Origin: Candidatus Latescibacterota bacterium
GTDB taxonomy: Bacteria > Latescibacterota > UBA2968 > UBA8231
Assembly: GCA_965261395.1 (NCBI GenBank)
Contig: OZ253462.1
Span: forward strand, 2,432,001-2,496,000
Reading direction: 5' to 3'
Length of the DNA stretch: 64,000 nt
How positions within the stretch are numbered: position 1 is the stretch's first letter; each line of letters starts with the position of its first letter. The notes beneath the pieces are model-generated. The model had not been told where the DNA came from and did no database searches. It saw nothing but the letters and a program-made list of their open reading frames with translations. Position numbers and translations under genes: made by a program. This document shows positions 29,197 through 39,600 of this stretch, in pieces.

Positions 29197-30651
29197 CTAC
29201 TCGCCTAGCGGGAGTCGTTCTCCCGCGTCCGCGAGCTTGTCCCAATCCCTTACTGGCCCTCGGGATAGCAATTCTGAGAGCGTAAGGCAGGCTAGGTCGC
29301 GGCCGTCCTCCAGCGCCTTGTCAATAGTGCGTCGGCCGCCTTTGATCTTCTTTTGCCCATGCACAATGGCCGAACGGACTCCATAGAAGGACTTTACTCT
29401 GTTGGACATCCAGCCGCGTTTGTCGGTGCCTTGGCCGAGCAGTCGTTCTGCCCGGGTCGCCAGTTGGTGGGTCAGTTTCTGTTTGATCGGACCGTACATG
29501 ATTTCCAAGGCGATGGAGACGTCGAGGATTCGGTCCTCTGTACTAAATGGGCCGCCGACCCGGGCAAAAGAGGCGGCGAGCCGACGGATCGCAAGGTCGA
29601 TAACATCGCGTCTGCCTCGATAAGCGCACCAGCGGCTGGCCAATGTAACGAAAGCAGCCGCGTCATGCTGGCAGAGTTGGCGTTCCTTGGGCGATGCGTC
29701 GGGCAAGGAGGCGGAGGCGCTACGAGAACCGAACGCGAAGTTGGGATCGATCTCCTCTACCCACTCGGCGACGCGGACAAAGCTCGTGTGGGAGATCAGC
29801 GGACTCCTCGTTGCGATCGACAGCAGATCCACTAGGACTTTGTTGTCGTCTGCAGATCGGTTCGCAAGGTCGATCTCGTAGTCGCCGGGGAAGCGGTACT
29901 TCACTTTCGGAGCGCAAACTCGGCGGGGCTTATTGGAAAAATCGCTATCGTCTGGAGGGGGTGCGACGCCTGGTCCCCAACTTAGACTGCGCACGAGCAC
30001 AGTAGTGCTCACGGGACGGTGTGACCGACTTGGATTTCGGCCGGCACCGTTAAGCCGCTTCTCGGGTTCGTCGGGCAGATCGAACGTCGCCTTGGCGTCC
30101 TCGTAGGGTGCCAGATAGGCATCGCTGCCTAGATCGAAGCGCCTGTCGAGTTTCAAGCCGTGCAAGAGCGTGATCTCGGATGCCGGGAGATTGGCATCCT
30201 CGCCGGCCGTTAGGTAGCGGTGCAGCAGTTTTGCTGCTTGCTCTCCGCTATCCTTCATTGCGCGTTTGGCTAGATGGGCTACGAGGGACTTCAGATCGAC
30301 GTGGAACCAGTCGTGGGTGGACAGAATGAAGCCGACCCCTTCGCGCTTGCTCAAGCCTATCAGTCCCGGTCGTAGCAAGGGATGCTCCCGCAGGATCGCT
30401 CTTGCTTCTAAAGGATCGGATTTGAGCCAGAGGTGGGATTCTGCGAAGATCTTCGCGGCGGCGGGGTCGTACTTTGCGCGAGCGGCGAGATCCCGGTATT
30501 GTCGGCGGATACTCGACCAGTATTCGTCTATCGGGCCATAGTGTGGGGTTTCCGGCGAAAGGGGGAAAGAGGGTCTCGCGTTTGCCGCGACATCCTCAAG
30601 CCCTGCTGCTAGCCGGCCGAGCCAATTCGCTGCATCAAAAGGCTGTGTCAT
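29197..30651 (-). CDS. HEPN-domain protein (ApeA-like C-terminus)
   Basis: DRILDVSIALE...LATRA..LL...FYGVRSAIVHG contains the HEPN RxxxxH motif. Confidence 0.75.
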   Translation of the reverse strand: MTQPFDAANWLGRLAAGLEDVAANARPSFPLSPETPHYGPIDEYWSSIRRQYRDLAARAKYDPAAAKIFAESHLWLKSDPLEARAILREHPLLRPGLIGLSKREGVGFILSTHDWFHVDLKSLVAHLAKRAMKDSGEQAAKLLHRYLTAGEDANLPASEITLLHGLKLDRRFDLGSDAYLAPYEDAKATFDLPDEPEKRLNGAGRNPSRSHRPVSTTVLVRSLSWGPGVAPPPDDSDFSNKPRRVCAPKVKYRFPGDYEIDLANRSADDNKVLVDLLSIATRSPLISHTSFVRVAEWVEEIDPNFAFGSRSASASLPDASPKERQLCQHDAAAFVTLASRWCAYRGRRDVIDLAIRRLAASFARVGGPFSTEDRILDVSIALEIMYGPIKQKLTHQLATRAERLLGQGTDKRGWMSNRVKSFYGVRSAIVHGQKKIKGGRRTIDKALEDGRDLACLTLSELLSRGPVRDWDKLADAGERLPLGE

Positions 30652-30707
30652 TAGCTATCATATCGGATAAAAGAAGAGCTTCAACAAGAAAAAATTAGGA
30701 GTTGGGA

Positions 30708-32396
30708 ATGAACCGGGAGTGGAACCTGCGAAATGCAAGACCAGACTTGCTGGCCCTGCTCTGGCTGTGCGCCGGCCTGTCCGTCGCACCTCGGGTCTGT
30801 GAAGGCCGCGATCCCCACGTGGCCTTTGGCACTAGGGGAGCCGTGGTAGCCAATGATCCGCTCGCCGTGAATGCTGGCATGAGGGTGCTCCAGGAGGGCG
30901 GCAATGCCTTTGATGCGGCGGTGGCGGTGGGCACGGCCATAAACGTGGTAGAACCGGACAACAGCCATCTGGGCGGCCATGCCCTCATCATGCTCTACCA
31001 CGCTGCGAGCGGCAAAGTGATGGCCATCAACGGAACCGGTCCGGCCCCCAGAAAGGCCAAGTTGGAGGACTTTGTGCCGGAGGGCGTGCCACAGCGCGGG
31101 ATAGCGGCGGCCTTGGTGCCGGGAGAAATCGATGCCTATGCATTGATGCTCGAGGAATACGGCACCATGTCGCTGCGCCAAGTGCTGCAGCCGGCCATTG
31201 AGTTGGCCGAGCGGATGCCGGTGGCGCCCTGGTTTGCCCGGAGAGTGAAGAGCTATGCCGGGTTCGAGTCGATCTTCCCCAAATCAGTAGCGAGCTTTTT
31301 GGCCGGCGCTGGGGGCCAGCCGCCGGGGATCGGCGCTTCCTTCAGCCAACCCGACTTGGCGAGAACCCTGCGCCACTTAGCCGAAGGGGGGAGAGATAGC
31401 TTTTATCGTGGGGAAATCGCCGCGGCAATCCTGGCCCAATCGCAGCGAGGCGATGGCTACTTCACCGAGGAAGACTTCCGGGAGTACCCGGCCCGCCTCA
31501 TGGAACCGATCGCAACCACGTACCGCGGTTACACTGTGTACGAACAGCCGCTGGTGTCCCAGGGTTTTCTGCTCCTCGAAGCCCTCAACATCGCCGAGGG
31601 CTACGATCTGCCGCAAATGGGGCCGCGTTCGGTCGATGGGATACACGCCTTGGTGGAATCCATGAAGTTGGCCTTTGCCGACCGCTACGCCTTTGTCGGC
31701 GACCCGGATTTCGTCGACGTACCCATGGAGCGTCTGCTGTCCAAGGGGTACGCCCAAAAACGACGCGTGGATATATCTATGCGCAGCACCTTGGGCGGAA
31801 TTCCCGCGGGTCAGCCTAAAAAACGCGGCGGCGATACCACGACCTATGCAGTAGCGGACGGAGAGGGCAATTTGGTCTCGGTTGTGCAGAGTTTGTGGAA
31901 CGGATTCGGGGCCGCGGTCATACCCGAAGGTACGGGTATATTCATGAACAACCGGATGACTGATTTCAGTTTGGACCCGCACAGCCCGAATGTGCTGGCC
32001 GGCGGCAAGAGACCCCTGTTTACCCTCAACAGCTTCATCTTGGTCGAGGACGGCAAGCCCATCTTGGTGGGCGGCACCCCGGGCGATTACGGGCAAGTGC
32101 AGTGGAACTTGCAGGTCATCACCAACATGATTGACGGCAACATGACCGCGGCCGCAGCCGTGGCCGAGCCCCGCTGGCGTTATCACGGGCCCAAGCTCAG
32201 GTCAAAGGAAGCCCGGCTGGCCATTGAGGAGGGCACGCCCGCAGAGGTCGTGCGCGGTTTAGCGGCCCGGGGACAGCCAGTGCAGGTCGGCGGCTGGGCA
32301 GGCAATTTCAGTCTGATCCGCATCTACCCCGATAGCGGCGTACTCGAAGCCATTGGCGACAGCCGGACTGAAGGCCGCGGTGTAGGGGCATGGTGA
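30708..32396 (+). CDS. ggt: Gamma-glutamyltransferase family protein
   Basis: GGNAFDAAVA, VPG, AFADR, GDTTTYAVAD (Thr nucleophile), GGKRP, GTPG. Probable signal peptide. Confidence 0.92.
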   Translation: MNREWNLRNARPDLLALLWLCAGLSVAPRVCEGRDPHVAFGTRGAVVANDPLAVNAGMRVLQEGGNAFDAAVAVGTAINVVEPDNSHLGGHALIMLYHAASGKVMAINGTGPAPRKAKLEDFVPEGVPQRGIAAALVPGEIDAYALMLEEYGTMSLRQVLQPAIELAERMPVAPWFARRVKSYAGFESIFPKSVASFLAGAGGQPPGIGASFSQPDLARTLRHLAEGGRDSFYRGEIAAAILAQSQRGDGYFTEEDFREYPARLMEPIATTYRGYTVYEQPLVSQGFLLLEALNIAEGYDLPQMGPRSVDGIHALVESMKLAFADRYAFVGDPDFVDVPMERLLSKGYAQKRRVDISMRSTLGGIPAGQPKKRGGDTTTYAVADGEGNLVSVVQSLWNGFGAAVIPEGTGIFMNNRMTDFSLDPHSPNVLAGGKRPLFTLNSFILVEDGKPILVGGTPGDYGQVQWNLQVITNMIDGNMTAAAAVAEPRWRYHGPKLRSKEARLAIEEGTPAEVVRGLAARGQPVQVGGWAGNFSLIRIYPDSGVLEAIGDSRTEGRGVGAW

Positions 32397-32498
32397 TCGA
32401 ACGGAGCCGCTACCGCCTCCAAAGGCCGGCCTTGTGCCGAGCGCGCGGATGCGTTTTAGTAGCAAATAATTCTTTGATTTTCCCAAGGGGATTGGCTA

Positions 32499-33392
32499 GT
32501 GAAGATATTGGTAGCGGGCAGCAGCGGCTTGATCGGTACGGCGCTTTGTAGCCGGCTGGAGCGCGAAGGGCACGAGGTGGTGCGCTTGGTGCGGCGGCAG
32601 CCAGAGCGCGGGGAATTGCGCTGGGACCCAGAAGCCGGCGAGCTGGAGCAAGAGGCTCTGGAGGGGATAGAGGCGGCAGTGCATTTAGGGGGTCGGAACA
32701 TCGCCGCTGGCCGCTGGACTGCCGCTGTCAAGGCGCAATTGCGCCAGAGCCGAGTGCAGACGACGCAGCTACTCGCTACGCGCTTGGCGGGATTGGCCGC
32801 GCCGCCGAGGGTGCTGGTCTGCGCGTCGGCCATTGGCATTTACGGCAATCGGCGCGACGAGGAGCTGGACGAGGAAAGCAGCACTGGCGAGGGGTTTTTG
32901 GCCGAGTTGGGCCGAGCGTGGGAGGGGGCGAGCGCCGTGGCTGCCGAGGCTGGTATCCGCGTCGTGCAGGCCCGCTTGGGCCTCGTCTTCGATCGTCGGG
33001 GCGGAGCGCTGGCCAAGATGCTGTTGCCCTTCCGCCTAGGGGTGGGTGGCAAGATCGGCGACGGTCGGCAGTACGTTAGCTGGATTAGCTTGGAGGACGC
33101 GGTGGCAGCGCTGATCTACGCCGTGGAAAACGACGCCTTGCGCGGGCCGGTGAACCTGACTGCACCGCAGCCGGTGACCAACGCCGAGCTAACGCGGACG
33201 CTGGGACGCGTGCTACGGCGACCGACGCTGCTGCCGCTGCCGGCGTTTGCCGCCAAGCTGCTCTTGGGCGAGTTGGCCGAGGAGGGGTTGTTGGCCAGCC
33301 AGCGGGTGCGGCCGACGCGGCTGTTGGAAGCGGGTTTCGAGTTCGCGCACCCCGAGTTGGAGGGGGCGTTGCACCATGCGCTGGCGCAGTAA
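32499..33392 (+). CDS. TIGR01777 family NAD-dependent epimerase (YfcH-like)
   Basis: GSSGLIG, ASAIGIYG, GGKIGDGRQYVSWI, GPVN, SQRVRP. Confidence 0.92.
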   Translation: MKILVAGSSGLIGTALCSRLEREGHEVVRLVRRQPERGELRWDPEAGELEQEALEGIEAAVHLGGRNIAAGRWTAAVKAQLRQSRVQTTQLLATRLAGLAAPPRVLVCASAIGIYGNRRDEELDEESSTGEGFLAELGRAWEGASAVAAEAGIRVVQARLGLVFDRRGGALAKMLLPFRLGVGGKIGDGRQYVSWISLEDAVAALIYAVENDALRGPVNLTAPQPVTNAELTRTLGRVLRRPTLLPLPAFAAKLLLGELAEEGLLASQRVRPTRLLEAGFEFAHPELEGALHHALAQ

Positions 33393-33420
33393 GGCGCAAA
33401 ATACAAGGAGCAGATTTTCT

Positions 33421-34818
33421 ATGAACATCATCGTCTTAGTCAGCGACACCTTTCGCTACGACTATCTGGGGTGCAACGACAATGCGTGGATCGGCACGGC
33501 GGCGCTAGATCGCTTTGCCGAGCGGGCGGTGTGCTTCGACCGGCACTACTTATCGAGCTTTCCGACCATCCCCAACCGCACCGATCTCTTTACTGGCCGC
33601 TACAGTTTCCCCTTCCACGGCTGGAAACCCCTCGACCCAGGCATCCCAGTGCTGAGTACGATTTTCGGTGCGGCTGGCTACCAGAGCCAGCTTATCTGCG
33701 ACACGCCGCATCTGATGAAGGGCGTCCACCATTTCGACCGGGGGTTTGACGGGGCGTATTGGATTCGGGGGCAGGAGGGAGACAAGCCGCTGTTGAAGGG
33801 CGATCTGCCGCCGCGCATGGAGGTGGCCGGGGCGAAGACGCGCGTTGATCCGCATCTGGCGAACACGCGCTTTGGCAACTTGGCGACCCTGCATGCGTGG
33901 ACCAATCGCGATTGGGCTTGGGAAGAAGACCGCTTCTGCGTGCGCACGGCGCAGACGACGAGCCGCTGGCTGGAGGAAAATCGCGGCTGCGAGCCGTTCT
34001 TACTGTGGGTGGATTTCTTCGATGCGCACGAGCCGTGGGACCCACCGGAACATCTCGTGGGCCGCTACGACTCATCGGGGTACGACGGCCCACCGATGAT
34101 CCACCCCAACTACGGCCCGGCGACCGCCTATACCCAAGAAGAGCTGGCCAATCTCCAGGCGCACTACGCGGCTGAGATTTACTTGGTCAACAAGTGGGTC
34201 GGCTATGTGTTGGACAAAATTGAGGAGCTCGGGCTATTCGACGACAGCGTGGTGATCTTCACGTCGGATCACGGCATGTTCGTCGGCGAGCACAACCGCA
34301 CGGGCAAGTCCAACATCCACGCTGAGGACGACCGCGTCTGGCCCTTGTATGAAGAGATCAGCCACATCCCGCTGATGATTGCCACCCCCGAGGTCGCGGG
34401 CGGACAGCGGGTGAGCGCCTTGACGCAATCCGTGGATTTGCTGCCGACGCTGATGGCTTTAGCTGGCGTGGAAAAAAGCGGTCTGGGGATGCACGGGCAC
34501 TCGCTCGCGCCGCTGCTGACCGGACCGTCAGCGTGGCCGCGTCAGTACGCCTTCAGCTCGACCTTTATCCGCAATGGCGGGCCGACGGTGACCGACGAGC
34601 GCTGGACCTACTTGGCGTATGGCGAGCACGGCGGCGCGCCCGAACTGTACGACATGCAGGCCGACCCGCAGCAGCAGCAGAATGTGATCGGCGAGCATCC
34701 GGCGGTGGCACAACGGATGCAAAAAGCGCTGGTGGACTTTCTCGACGAGGTGGAGACGCCCGAGGAAAATCGCGCATTGCTGGGACCGGTCGGCGGGCCG
34801 GATTACGCTAGCCCGTGA
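33421..34818 (+). CDS. Sulfatase-family protein with TxPxR signature
   Basis: MNIIVLVSDTFR, FPTIPNRTDLFTG, DAHEPWDPP, FTSDHG, ELYDMQADP. Confidence 0.88.
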   Translation: MNIIVLVSDTFRYDYLGCNDNAWIGTAALDRFAERAVCFDRHYLSSFPTIPNRTDLFTGRYSFPFHGWKPLDPGIPVLSTIFGAAGYQSQLICDTPHLMKGVHHFDRGFDGAYWIRGQEGDKPLLKGDLPPRMEVAGAKTRVDPHLANTRFGNLATLHAWTNRDWAWEEDRFCVRTAQTTSRWLEENRGCEPFLLWVDFFDAHEPWDPPEHLVGRYDSSGYDGPPMIHPNYGPATAYTQEELANLQAHYAAEIYLVNKWVGYVLDKIEELGLFDDSVVIFTSDHGMFVGEHNRTGKSNIHAEDDRVWPLYEEISHIPLMIATPEVAGGQRVSALTQSVDLLPTLMALAGVEKSGLGMHGHSLAPLLTGPSAWPRQYAFSSTFIRNGGPTVTDERWTYLAYGEHGGAPELYDMQADPQQQQNVIGEHPAVAQRMQKALVDFLDEVETPEENRALLGPVGGPDYASP

Positions 34819-35023
34819 AGAGGTCGAAGATGTGGCCGAGGCTCGAGCTGTCGGCTGCGTAGAGTTCGGTGTAGCGGCACTGCTCGCAGGTTACGGTTGT
34901 CAGCTTGCGGTTTTGCACGTCGAATATCTTGGACCAAAACCCGCCGGAGGCGCGGATTTCGCCGGTCTCGTAGGCGGTGTGATGACACTTGGGGCACTCA
35001 AAGCGCAGCGTGGGTGAACTCAT
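34808..35023 (-). CDS. Zinc-ribbon protein (DUF2082-like)
   Basis: CPKC...SKIFDVQN...VTCEQCRYTELY. Confidence 0.85.
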   Translation of the reverse strand: MSSPTLRFECPKCHHTAYETGEIRASGGFWSKIFDVQNRKLTTVTCEQCRYTELYAADSSSLGHIFDLFTG

Positions 35024-35232
35024 GGGGCCTCATGCGTTGGATGTGGACGTTCGGCGGGGCAATATATCGCAAAACGTAGATTGCCGCCCTGCGTATCAAT
35101 GACGCAGAACGGCTATAGTGCGGCCGCGCTAGGAAAAGGACTGGATTTTTGCCGGAGAGAAGGAGAGGACGGGAGATGTCTAGCAGGTGTTTTTGTGTTA
35201 CTCAGTGGCGCGCTGTGGGGGCGAACAGCGCG

Positions 35233-35442
35233 TCATTCCTCTACATCGGCGAGTATTTCTTCAAGGGTCCACAACCGCTCGGAGTCCGCGATTAGGGCTT
35301 CGACGATGAGGGGATGGGCCTTGATGGTATGCGGGTCGATAAACTCGAAACTGGGCTGGTCGCGCAGAAGCATTCCCCGATCCTCGATGACGAGGATGTC
35401 GTCTGGGCCTCCCGAGGCTTCTACGTGGCGATACAGTGGCAT
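35233..35442 (-). CDS. Small hypothetical protein
   Basis: Strong AAGGAGG RBS before ATG (MPLYRHVE...). No recognised motif. Confidence 0.6.
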   Translation of the reverse strand: MPLYRHVEASGGPDDILVIEDRGMLLRDQPSFEFIDPHTIKAHPLIVEALIADSERLWTLEEILADVEE

Positions 35443-35552
35443 GTTGTCCCTCCTTGTCAAAAGATTTTCTGTAGCTTAGACGCCGGTATTGGATAATAGT
35501 TGCCGGTATTTATGGGGAGGGCAAATTTTTTCGTTCGTTCAAAAATAAGCAC

Positions 35553-36482
35553 TTAGATAATATCGCGCTTTTTTATCCACTGCTCAATATAGGCGGCCGT
35601 CTCGTCGGGGTATTCGAGGTGGGGCGCGTGTCCGCAATTGGGGAAGATGTGTAGGTCGGAGTGGGGCAGTGCGGTGGCGAAGCGCTGGGCCGAGCGCACC
35701 GGTAACACGCGGTCCTGCTGCCCCCATAAGACCAAGGTCGGGCAGGTGATGTCACCAAAGCGCTGGTGGAACGTTGCTGCGTCGGGCGGTACGAGGTTCC
35801 GCGCTGAGTAGTGGTAGGCGTACGCGGCGTTGGGCGTCTCGAGTGCGGCGCGGGCGACCGTTGCGAGTTCGGGGGGGATTTTGCCGCGGTCGTGGAAGCA
35901 GCGTCGGAAGGTGCGCCAAGCGGCCAAGCGCAACAGGCCGAATGCGCGGGCCAAGGCGTGGAGTGGGGCATGGCTCAGCAGCTTGCCCGGATAGCTGCCG
36001 AGGGTGCGCACGTGCACGGGGAGTTGGTGCGGGTAGCCGGCCGCGTCGATGAGCACTAGCCCGCGCACTTTGGCCGCGAGTGCGGGAAAATCGAGGTACA
36101 GGCGCAGGGCCAAGCCTCCGCCGAGCGAATTGCCCAAGAGGATTACGCCGTCCAAGTCCAGCGCGGCGATAAAGGCCGCGAGGTAGCCAACCTGCATGTC
36201 CGGCGAATAGCGCTCGTGCTCCGGGCGTGCGGCAAAGGTCGGCTTGCTGCTGTGCCCGTGGCCGATCAAGTCGGGTGCGATGATGCGGCGGCCGGGCAAG
36301 CGGGTGGCCAAGCGGAACCACGTGGCTTTGTTGTCAAAGACGCCGTGTAGCAGCACTAAGGGGAGGTGGTTCCCGTCGCCGCCATTGTCGAGATACGCCA
36401 TTTCGACTTGGTCGGCGAGGGCGAGGCGGTATTCGGCAAAGCCGGGGAAGAGGGACGAGGATGGAGAGGAAATGGGCTGCAT
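35553..36482 (-). CDS. Alpha/beta fold hydrolase
   Basis: LLHG, DLIGHGHS, GNSLGG, WGQQD, CGHAPHLE. Confidence 0.92.
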   Translation of the reverse strand: MQPISSPSSSLFPGFAEYRLALADQVEMAYLDNGGDGNHLPLVLLHGVFDNKATWFRLATRLPGRRIIAPDLIGHGHSSKPTFAARPEHERYSPDMQVGYLAAFIAALDLDGVILLGNSLGGGLALRLYLDFPALAAKVRGLVLIDAAGYPHQLPVHVRTLGSYPGKLLSHAPLHALARAFGLLRLAAWRTFRRCFHDRGKIPPELATVARAALETPNAAYAYHYSARNLVPPDAATFHQRFGDITCPTLVLWGQQDRVLPVRSAQRFATALPHSDLHIFPNCGHAPHLEYPDETAAYIEQWIKKRDII

Positions 36483-36628
36483 AGGGTATATAAAGAAGCA
36501 TATTTGTCTGGTAAAATTCAACTTGAGGCAGCCCTAGCTTAGGACCAGATTTAGGGCGTCGGCGGTTGTATCTTAGGGATGGGCCATGTATTAAAGGTTG
36601 GAATCTCCCAATCGTCGGAAGGACGCGT

Positions 36629-39600
36629 ATGAGCGACATCTCCTTTGAGCACGTGTTGAGCAGCCAGTACACGGTCTTTGATGGGCTGACGGGGATGCAC
36701 GTGGAAGACATCTATCAAGACCGCCAAGGCTTTCTCTGGATTGCCACGGCCGATGGCGGCGTCAGCCGGTTCGACAGCGCCCGGTTTGATACGTTTGGCC
36801 TCAAGGACGGTCTGCCCAATCTGACGGTCATGGCCATTGCCGAGGACGCCGACGGGCGGCTTTTGTTCGGCACGTTCGGCGGTGGGATTGCCGCGTACGA
36901 CGGGCGCGGCTTTCAGGTGTACACCACTGAGCACGGCCTGCCTTCCAACGAGATTTTGGGCCTGCAAGTCCAGTCGGATGGTTCGATTTTGGTGTTGACC
37001 AGCGCGGGCGTGGCGTGGTTTGCTGAGGGTCGCTGTGTGAAGTGTATAACCGACGTTGGCGGCCAACCTTTGGGGCGAGTGTACGATATGGCCACCGACG
37101 TGGGTGGCACCACTTGGCTGGCGGCGTGGCGTGGCGTTATCAGCTTGGATGGGCAGCGCATGGGTATCGGCGACCGGGCGAGCCAATGGCCCTGGAAATT
37201 CGCCCAAGATCCTTCCGGCCACCTGTGGATTAGTTTCCATTACACGGGTACCGAAGTCTTGATCGGCCGCTATGATCCACGGGACCAACATCTTGAGTGC
37301 ATTAACGTAGGTAAGGGTGACGAGGGGGTGGTGAATCACGGGACGCGGCACGTGCGGGCTGACGAGAGGGGCTGGCTCTGGCTGACCCACCGCGGTGTGA
37401 TGGTACACGACGGGCAGGAGTGGCATCCTTTTTCTGCTTCCTTGCCGGATATTGACTTTTCGGCTACGCGTCTGACCTACGAGGACCGCGAGGGCAATAT
37501 CTGGATCGGGCTTTGGGGCGGCGGATTGATTTTTTGCAATCCGGCCAGCATCCGGCGCTACACGGAAGCCGACGGCCTACCGGACCGAGAGGTTCGCCAC
37601 TTGGGCGAAGACCATGAGGGTCGGATGTGGATTGGCACGATGGCGGGCATGGCCTGCATGGAAGAGGGTCAAATCCGCCCGGTCGAGACGGAGGAAATCG
37701 TCTCGGCGATGGTGGTGGATGGCCAAGGGCAGGTCTGGAGCGGAGGGGAGGCGGGCAAGGTGTATAAGTGGGAGGGCCAAACGCCACAAGCGATCCCGGT
37801 GGCCGAAGGAACCCATCCAGAAGAAATCGCTGGGCTATGCGAAGATGGGCAAGGGCGTATCTGGGTCGGCACGTCCGATGGCCGTTTCGGCTGGATAGAG
37901 AAAAATCGCTTTATCTGTCTTGATGAATGCAGCACCGCGCTGCAAGACCAAGACGGGGTATTCTGGGCCGGAGCACTGCTGCGAGACCAAGACGGAGTAT
38001 TCTGGATCGGTTCAGTTGGAGTAGTACCGGCACTTTACTGTTATGAGGATGGGCACTTGCGCCCGGCGGATATGGCCGAAGCGGAGTCCATCGCCTATGT
38101 CAACGTCTTGTGGGAGCACCAAAACACGCTGTGGGTGGGTACGGCCAAGGGGCTTTTCACCCTTGATCTCTCGTCGCGGGAGGTGCGCCACTTCACTGCC
38201 GAACAGTTTGGGCTGTCGGCCAATGGGATCTTGGCGCTGACAGCCGATTCGCAGGGCAGCATCTGGATGGGTACCAGCGGTGGCGGGGTCCTCCGCTACG
38301 ATGGCGAGACCTTCCAGAGTATCCGTTTGGGGCCATCTGCCCTCGAAAACATGGTCGAAGCGGTCCTGTGCGACCGCCGCGGTCGGATGTGGTTTGGGAC
38401 GCGGGCAGGACTAGTCGCCTACCAGCCGGGACACACGCCGCCGCGCTTGGTCATCCGCGAGGTGATGGCCGGCACCCGCTTAGCCGCGCCCGAAGCGGTA
38501 TCCTGCCCAGAGAGCACGCCTGAAATCCGCATTCACTTCCAGGGCATTAGCTTCCGCACCGGCGCTGGGCAGATGCGCTACAGCCACCGCTTGTTAGGCC
38601 ACGGTCCGGTGGAACAGTGGAGCGCGTTTACGGTCGCCGATGCGGTCGCGTACAGTGCTCTGCCGGTGGGCGAGTACCGCTTTGAGGTGCGGACGATGGA
38701 CCGCGATGGCCTGCTGTCCGAGGTGGCCGGTTTGGATGTCCACGTTCTACCCGACGCCAAAACCGAACGCATCCACGCCCTTGAAAAGGCCCTGCGGGCT
38801 GCCGATCACGTCGTGCATAGCGAGAGTTGGGCTATGCGCCAAGTGCTGGAGCAGACCGTGCGGGTCGCCGAGACGGCGATGACCGTGCTGGTGCTGGGAG
38901 AGACCGGCACGGGCAAGGGCTTACTGGCGCAAACCATTCACGAAACAAGCACCCGCCGCAAGCGGCCCTTTATCCGCGTCAATTGCGGGGCGCTGCCGGC
39001 CGGGTTGGTCGAAAGCGAGTTGTTCGGCCATGAGAAAGGGGCCTTTACCGGGGCCGCTAGCCGTCAGCTCGGGCGCTTTGAACTAGCCGATGGCGGCACC
39101 CTCTTTTTGGACGAAATCGGCGACTTGCCGTTGGAGTCGCAGCGGGTGCTGCTGCACATCTTAGAGGAGAATGCCCTGACCCGCGTCGGCGGCAAGCAGC
39201 CTGTCGCTGTGGACGTGCGGGTCGTTGCGGCGACCAACCGCGACCTGCGGCAGGCCATCCAAGAGGGTACGTTCCGCGAAGACCTGTTCTACCGCCTGAG
39301 CGTTTTTACGCTAGAGCTTCCACCGCTGCGGCAGCGGCAAGAGGATATACCAGCCTTGGCGGCGCATTTTGCAGAGCGGTATGCCCAGCATCTGCGGCGG
39401 CCGGCTCCGACGATAGACGACGGGGTGGTCGCGCACTTGCAGGCGTACTCTTGGCCGGGGAATGTGCGCGCGTTGGAGCATCTGATCCAACGCGCAGTCT
39501 TGCTGTGTAAGGACGGTGTCATTCGGGTGGAGGATTTGCCGTTCCTGCTGGTTGGGCAACGAGCCGGGGACACGGACGCAAGGAAGCCGTTTTCGCCGCT

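Noticed and set aside
35482-35510. GCCGGTATT direct repeat with period 20
   Set aside because: Too short to call an operator without comparative data.
37941-38005. 39-bp duplication in the bEBP (DQDGVFW twice)
   Set aside because: Ordinary local duplication within a propeller blade, with frame preserved.
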